Source of the DNA: Octopus vulgaris
Lineage: Eukaryota
Assembly: GCA_951406725.2 (NCBI GenBank)
Contig: OX597824.1
Span: 59,210,001 to 59,274,000 of the forward strand
Reading direction: 5' to 3'
Length of the DNA: 64,000 nucleotides
In this document: piece by piece, positions 55,095-64,000 of the stretch
Position numbering within the stretch: position 1 is the stretch's first letter
How the letters are laid out: each line of letters opens with the position of its first letter
Position numbers and translations under genes: made by a program
The notes under the pieces: generated by a model
Databases searched by the model: none
The model's input: the letters and a program-made list of their open reading frames with translations, nothing else
What the model was told of the DNA's origin: nothing

Positions 55095-55592
55095 ATCTTC
55101 CTACCTGTCTCTCTCCCTTTCTCTTTCTCTCCTGTAATATATGAATATATGTATGCACCTATGTCTGGTTGCATGTACTATGTGCGTATATGTTATAAGT
55201 GTGGATGTCATCTCATGGGCTATTTAAGACCTTACCAAAAGGTACTAACATAACATGTATAATATAGCAAATCTTCAGATGTGCCTGTTGAGGTGAGTGT
55301 TACGATGCAAAATGCACTGAAAGAACTGTAAACCATAAACTCATGGCATATTGATATTTCCACCTCTATCTTTGTCATGAAGACACACACTCACACACAC
55401 ACATACGCACACACACACACACACATACGCACACACACAAATAAGTAATATGGGTGGTCAATTCGCCATTTCACAACATAAAGGCAAAAATCTATACGTC
55501 ACAAAGGTGAACAAGGGCACTAATCAGCACAAGTGTTGCTAGATATATGAATCAAAAGAGTTGTTTTGACTCTTTGCAATACTGGCAATTGG

Positions 55593-55641
<49 letters not shown>

Positions 55642-55696
55642 TATACATAAGCAAAAATATATAAGGTGCTACTGCCATCTCTAGCAGACGAGAGGT

Positions 55697-55746
55697 CCAG
55701 TACTGAAGAGACGCAGAAACAGCCCGAAACCAGGCTGATCTGCTGG
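55697..55746 (+). ncRNA. Type I hammerhead with extended helix I (outer hairpin about 55668-55770)
   Basis: CCAGTA-CTGAAGA-gacgc..GCCC-GAAA-cCAGgCTGa-TC-TGCTGG; helix II eroded. Confidence 0.65.
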
Positions 55747-57689
55747 TCCCGTTGCTAGAAGGTGGTACTGACATCAACTTGTTCTGCTATGTCAGAGGCC
55801 TGACAACTTGGATTATCCTCCACACTTCTCTTAACAAAAAGAAGGGTCCTGTTAGAGGGCCCTGGTTGATCTGGGCGAGGCTATGTGGAATCCTTCCTTT
55901 CTCTGGTGAATTGCACAATCGCACTATTTACTGTAGAAAGTGGGATCCCAAAGTTTTCTGCGATTTTACGCTGACTACGTCTACCTTCAGAATGACCCAC
56001 AATACGGCCTTTGAAATTCAGACACTTCCAAGGCTTCTTTTGTATGTTTCATAATTAAGCACATACAGAACCTGAAACATAAAACATGTCAATAATAAAA
56101 AAATGTGAAACTTTAAAAGATAGAATAAACATAAAATGATGTTTTATGGTGTCTATTTACTTCTGTTATATCTATATCTATATATATATATATATATTTA
56201 TGTATACACACACACACTCACACGCACACACACACACGCACGCACGCACGCATGCATACATACATACATAAAATCTTTCTTTTCGCACAAAAGCGCACAT
56301 TGCTCTGTCCATCTATGTGTAAACAAGAACCTTTACTGATTCCAACAAATTTCCTACAGTTTCTCATAGTCGACGGCACTCACCATTGGGTGCACTGTAT
56401 TGCAATCATTCTATCTCTCTATTGTGAGGACAATTTCTTTCTGAAATACCTCCCAACTGTCCCAAACACCTTGCAAAGCAACAAGGTCACCTGCCTTTCT
56501 ACTCTTTTTATATTCCACCCCTTTGTATCCCATACAACTATACTCCATCCCTTTATATGTCATTCCCTTATATCGCGCCCATTTTTAAATAAAAGGTTAC
56601 GAGTGTAAAATAACTGATAGAGACTTTGAGTCTGGAAAATCCGCTGAGATATCGCTTCTTCCCAACTCATTCCGCTCCATCTTAGTTCTATACCACTTCC
56701 TATCATTACTACCAACAACCACCTACGTCGCGACCCATGCGTATTACGGTCTGCAGACCTATCACCACTACCACCAACACTACCACGACCACTACGACCA
56801 CTGATTCCCACGTTCCTATCATCACAGTGAATTTGGGCTTTGTCTAGAATTACAAAAGCGATTCTTTCTCACACTTACTTTTGTTGTGTTTAAGAAGCTA
56901 AATTAGCAGATGCAAGGTAAACCACCGGACTAGATGCCTTGCAATGTTTAGATTTATTCCTTAAAGTTTCATCTCAAACACCGCCAGAAAATATTCATGC
57001 ATACATACATACATACATACATACATACATACATACAAACATACATGCATACAAACTGTATATATGCGCACGCACAGACACGCACACGCACGCGCGCGTG
57101 TGTGTACTTCATAGAATGTGGAATATTGCTTTCCTCGTTTTCTCTATTGTAACTTCTTGCACCCCTCGCCGAATCTAACAACAACATCCGCTCATGCGTA
57201 ATGACATTTCCTGCAAAACATCATCCCCAACATCGCATAGCAGCAACAGCGGAGTGCAGGTTTGTTTGGATAAGTTAACAAAGCAATGTCTCATACCTCA
57301 TTTTTTTATTGTTACAGCAGCAGTAACAGCAACAGTAGCAGCAACAGTAGCAGTAGAAGCAGCAGCAGTAACAGTGGTAAGTCTTCTTCTTCTTCTTCTT
57401 CTTCTTCTTCTTCTTCTTCTTCTTCTTCTTCTTCTTCTTCTTCTTCTTCTTCTTCTTTCTGTCCTTCAATTCTTTACTAAACAAAGTCTACTTCGAGCTA
57501 CTTTATCAAATACTTTTCGCATTATATAGATCTGAGGGAGTCTTCACTGAGTTTTCTATCATGTCGAATGACTAAATCGTGGATCCCAGGTTGTGCTAGT
57601 GGCTGGGAAATAAAATAGCAAGAAAGCAATGGAGTTCATTGAATCGACAGCTACCCAAACGTTATTGTTGTTATTGTCGTCGTCATTGA

Positions 57690-57894
57690 GGTGGAGAGCT
57701 GGCAGAATTGTTATCACGCCACGCACAATGCTTAGCGGCATTTCTGTCGGCTCTTTACGTTTTGAGTTCAAGTTTCGTCGAGGTTGGCTTTGTCTTTTAT
57801 CCATTCCGGGATCGATAAAATAAGTACCAGTCAAGTACTGGGGTCAATAGCATCGTCTGACCCGCTCCACCGAAATACCTGGTCCTGTGCCAAA

Positions 57895-57895
<1 letters not shown>
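57690..57895 (+). mobile_element. SINE family 2
   Basis: ggtggagagctggcagaattgtt...gagttcaagtttcgtcgaggttggctttg. Confidence 0.8.
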
Positions 57896-57959
<64 letters not shown>

Positions 57960-58463
57960 CATTATGTTATTACATGCTAATTTAGTTAACACTGATATTA
58001 TCTGGAGGTTTGGTAACAAAGAAAATTTCCTCAGGTCTTAAGAATCTTTCTTCGGATTCTTGTAGAATACAGAATACAGATAGCGACAGTTAAAATTTTG
58101 ACGATATTGGTAGCAGTTGGATGTTGTGCCAAGTACACCAATTACCACAAGAAATAGTGTCACCTTTGTCTTCCACAATATCTTCATTTATCTGGTTAGG
58201 TCCTTACATTTCTCAATTTCTCTTTTTTTTTTTTGGTATTCATTCTATGGTATTGCACAGTCTATATCGTTCCTTTTCTTTTTCTTGTCCACTACGATAT
58301 TTGGTCTACATGCTTCTTTTGATTCAATAGTATGGTTAGTCATTATGAAGAAATCACACAAAATCTTGTAATTATCATTCTTCATCACACCCGCTGGTTC
58401 GTGTTCATATCACTTTTTCTGCTACTTTGAATGACCATACTTAGTTAACATCTCAATGCATTT

Positions 58464-58525
<62 letters not shown>

Positions 58526-58680
58526 GCATACTCACACACACTCATGCCTGCGTTTATAATCTTTCCGAGCTAACTTCTTGTACTCGCTTAAAAGATGGTT
58601 AATACTTTTGTTCCCTTTTCCACAGATTTATTAATCTGTCTTTAGCAAGTTCTTTCTAATATCCTGTTCTTGAGTGACTA
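57896..58680 (-). mobile_element. R4/Dong-like LINE 3' fragment ending in (AAT)n
   Basis: CGKGNKSINHLLSEYKKLARKDYKRRH...YEHEPAGVMKNDNYKILCDF...RPNIVV. Confidence 0.75.
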
Positions 58681-59429
58681 TAATTAGTGATTCAGCATTT
58701 CATTTCAAATTTCCTTATGTCACCCAAAAACCGGCGTTCTTCAGTTCCAATATGCGTGTATTAACAAAACACCTCCTTCTCTTTCCAGCTAGTCATCCTG
58801 CCGATCTATTTGCTGATTTCGACTTTAAGATTAAACCAGTGGATTACTTAATACTTTCAATAGAGTGCAAGTTTAGTAACATTTTACAAGGAAAATATGA
58901 TTGTCTTCGAATCTACTGCTGGCTTGACTATCTGTTTTTCTCTGTTTTCTCTCTCGATGTCAAGCGAAGTTCGAAAGCAAGGGTAGATGTCAAATAATAA
59001 TGAAAGAAGATAATAATAAAATATTGTTGTTGAGTAACCTCGGCCGAATTTATCTTTCATTAGGCTGACACTGACTCTTCATCTATTTAATCATGCTGTT
59101 TATCGGTTAAAAGGTTATACGTGTGTGTGTGTGTGTGTGTATGTATGTGTAAGTATATATATACATACACGCATACGCGCGCGCATGCTTACATAAGGCA
59201 GAAGAGAAAACAAGAGTGCAAAAAAATACAAAAACAAAAAATATTTATTTGAAATAAAAAATGTAATTAAAATAGCCCGAAGCTAGTAAAAATGTCGACT
59301 TTTGCAATCTGGTGCTTAAATGTGTGAAATGAAAGTTGTTGAAGATAGTTATTTTTTGCAACACTCCAGAGAATACAATCTGATGGAACAGTAACAAAAC
59401 GAGACGGAACACGAGATAATATAATAATT

Positions 59430-59647
59430 ATAATAATCCTTTCTACTGAAGGCACAAGATCTGAAATTTGGGAGGAGGGGACTAATCGATTGCATCGACG
59501 CGAGTGTTCCACTGGCACTTAATTTATCGAGCCCGAAAGGATGAAAGGCAAAGTCGACCTCGATGAAATTTGAACTCAGAACCTAGTGGCAGATCAAATA
59601 TCGCTAAGCATTTAACCCGCCGTGCTAACGATTCAGGAAACTCACCG
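59430..59647 (-). mobile_element. SINE family 2
   Basis: cccgaaaggatgaaaggcaaagtcgacctcg match. Confidence 0.8.
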
Positions 59648-61110
<1,463 letters not shown>

Positions 61111-62300
61111 CACAGTTGAATAAGATAGGTAGACTGCCGATGACTCAAATTTATTACTTTGGGGAACCAGGATACATGAATTAATGGCGCTCGTGAATTT
61201 TTACAAGTGTAATAAATGACGAATGAACTGTAATTGATGACCTCTTAAGGGCATATTAAATCTAACTGAAGCCTTGCTTTGAAGGGATTGTAACACCTTG
61301 CTCATTGTGACAAGCTACAAGCCTAGAGAATTGTTCAAACATATATCATTTGGAAACCCTTTACTTAATAAATTACTGCTACCTTTAGTTATCAGTCGCA
61401 TTACGTGCTAAGAATGCGTTTTATTATGCAAATAGATTTAGCAGACTTCCTTAAGCCATAGGTATACCTCTGTGAACAGTTAAAGCTGGTACCCAGTCAT
61501 CTATGAAATCCTTTATAGGAGAGAGATTAGTCTTCTTGAAACTCTAACCAGGTTGGTATTGTACATAAATACATGATGTTTATATTGATCTCTCACAGTT
61601 GTTGGCTAATACTCTATAGTTTGCAGCTCTTCAGTACAAAGTAGCATAGATGTATTTCATTTCAAAAAATTCTATTTTGTTTACTGAATAACACAAAAAG
61701 CATTGGATCAAAAAAATATTTTAATTGATAAATTGATAATTATCTTGTTTTGATCGTTTCCTTGCGATGGGTTAAGATCAATGTAGAGATTTACTGGCAC
61801 ATTCTACCCAAAACTACTTTTGTTGATCGAAATAGGGTAAGCTTTGCTGGCCAATGCTATCGTGCTGAACAGCAAAACCTTGTTACATGTTATATTCTGG
61901 AGGCTTCTGTACACTAACAGAAGACGAAAGCTATTCAGTTGTATCGATATTCATTGGCAGATACACGCAACATGAAACTGAAGACCAAACCTAATGTGAG
62001 GTGGGGACAGGGATTCTTAGTGCAGCGTGGTTAAACACATGAAGGTTGCTGCCAACATAGATGAATTTAAAGAGGAAACTTTTAATGAATTGACCTGTGA
62101 TCAAAAGTACCCCGACCTTGCCCATCTGTCATATTATGTATCAAATTTTTCAATATTTCCAATATACATTTCCAATATATATTTCCATTACATTTTCCAG
62201 TATTTCCTTCACTTGGTAAGAGTATGATTTGATGGAAATTAGCGGCTATTTATAGTAGATAAAACGATCTGGTATAGGCATCACCTGTGGCTCGTCAACA

Positions 62301-62363
<63 letters not shown>

Positions 62364-62367
<4 letters not shown>

Positions 62368-62525
62368 AATATAATATGTGACAATTATTCGGTAGCTATG
62401 ATAAAACTCCGAGTTTTGGATACCGAGGTGGAAATCCACGCTGCCATCTCTTCAGTTATCTCTTCCACCTCGGCATCCGGAGTTTTATCATGGCTACCGA
62501 ATAATTCTCACGTATTATATTTACA
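62364..62525. repeat. Foldback with a decayed minus-strand type I hammerhead at 62400-62460
   Basis: Arms tgtaaatataatatgtgacaattattcggtagctatgataaaactcc and inverse; GATAA-CTGAAGA...AAAA-CTCgGAG-TT-TTATC. Confidence 0.7.
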
Positions 62526-63224
62526 GATAAATTCCTCTATTTACATAATATCGGGGTCACTTTTATTTTCTTGGAGAGACACCTCACTCGGACCATTTCT
62601 GATGATTAAGGCTGTTCATATTTTCAATCTAGTGAGACATAGATGAACTTGACAAGTTTTTATTAAACGGTTGAATAATGAGTAAATAAGGAAGACTTTT
62701 GTGTTTACGTGCACCCGTATGTAGATCATTGGTTTGGCATTTGACAAACTTGTGATATTTAATTCACGAATTTATTTACGATTCTCTAACTTTCCCCTAT
62801 GTCAGATGGAGTGGCATCAACTGGCAAGTGAGAGCTCAGGCGTGGTTAACGTACTTAGTAAATGCGAACAAAAAAAAAACACATTTGTAAGCATATTGGG
62901 GAACAACATTGGATAGTCAGTGATCCTGGATCTGTGAGGCCCATTCACTGGCCGATGTTGAAGTCTTTCCTGTATAAGATCGTTGAAACATTTCCTGGAA
63001 GAATCGTCAGTGCGCATGGAAAAGTGCCTAGCAATATTTCGACCATGATCACGTTTGAACTCAGCCTGTAAAATGAGCTGGTTTTAAATGCTGTCGTGGT
63101 TGGCTCTGAATTTTACCCTTCCGGGGTTGATAAAATAAATACCAATCGAGTACTGGGATCGATTAATCCACTAAGCACCGCCCTTAGAAAATTTCCCGCC
63201 TCTTTCCTAAAGCAGAAAGAATTA

Positions 63225-63709
63225 TGATAATGATAATAACTATTATCATGGTTATTATTATTATCATTCTTCTTCTTCTTCTTCTTCTTCTTCTTCTTCT
63301 TCTTCTTCTTCTTCTTCTTCTTCTTCTTCTTCTTCTCATTATTATCATTATTATTATTATTATTATTATGAAGAAGAAGAAGAAGAAGAAGAAGAAGAAG
63401 AAGAAGAAGAAGAAGAAGAAGAAGAAGAAGAAGAAGAAGGAGAAGAAGAAGAAGGAGAAGGAGAAGGTAAAGAAGGAGAAGGAGAAGGTAAAGAAGAAGA
63501 AGAAGAAGAAGAAGAAGAAGAAGAAGAAGAAGAAGACGAAGAAGGAGAAGAAGAAGAAGAAGAAGAAGAAGAAGAAGAAGAAGAAGAAGAAGAAGAAGAA
63601 GGAGAAGGAGAAGGTAAAGAAGGAGAAGGAGAAGGTAAAGAAGAAGAAGAAGAAGAAGAAGAAGAAGAAGAAGAAGAAGAAGAAGAAGAAGAAGAAGAAG
63701 AAGAAGAAA
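63225..63709. repeat. Head-to-head (TTC)n and (AAG)n tracts with higher-order variant units
   Basis: Direct reading. Confidence 0.9.
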
Positions 63710-64000
63710 TCTGTCAGAAATATTGATCATCTGCCCATTGTCAAAGAAGGTTACCTGCGAATAATCTTCATTATATAAGTGTTTACAGTTCTTTTATCTT
63801 TGCGTTATCTCCAAATGTACACACACGTACCCACTTACTTGTGTGAGTACAAATGTCATTACCTATTATTATATTTATACAAAATGACACACAAATACAC
63901 ACATACAGATGTTCAATTAAAGCATTGCCTTAACCGTGTATGTGTGTATATGTGCACGTCTCTGTATAGAAAAAAAGATAGATAGATGGATAGATATATG

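Noticed and set aside
61300-62720. Possible highly decayed mariner transposase (PDLA-like remnant)
   Set aside because: Too degenerate to support
63113-63778. 205-aa and 184-aa poly-L/poly-K ORFs
   Set aside because: Translations of the (AAG)n tract

Overview
AT-rich, microsatellite-saturated eukaryotic non-coding DNA. The repeat content suggests an octopus/cephalopod-type genome, but that is inference only. No host protein-coding gene is supported, and almost all ORF-track entries are simple-repeat artefacts. Recognisable mobile DNA includes two Penelope-like element (PLE) remnants (one with a 464-aa open RT ORF), R4/Dong-like and RTE-like LINE fragments, Tc1/mariner remnants, several tRNA-derived SINE families, and an intact ORF1-only zinc-knuckle retroelement nested in a SINE that is itself nested in a foldback. 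The main hidden signal is about 20 hammerhead ribozyme (HHR) motifs in short non-coding elements next to (AT)n tracts. About a dozen are type I HHRs, including a U3-A8 variant in a 362-bp tandem/inverted retrozyme-like array whose inversion junction falls at the predicted cleavage site. Nine further motifs in four or five sequence families carry the three HHR core strands in reversed order (NUH, then GAAA, then CUGANGA), with covarying helices. That order matches none of types I, II or III and implies a pseudoknotted or multimeric hammerhead. All structures were paired by eye, activity is untested, and element boundaries are approximate.
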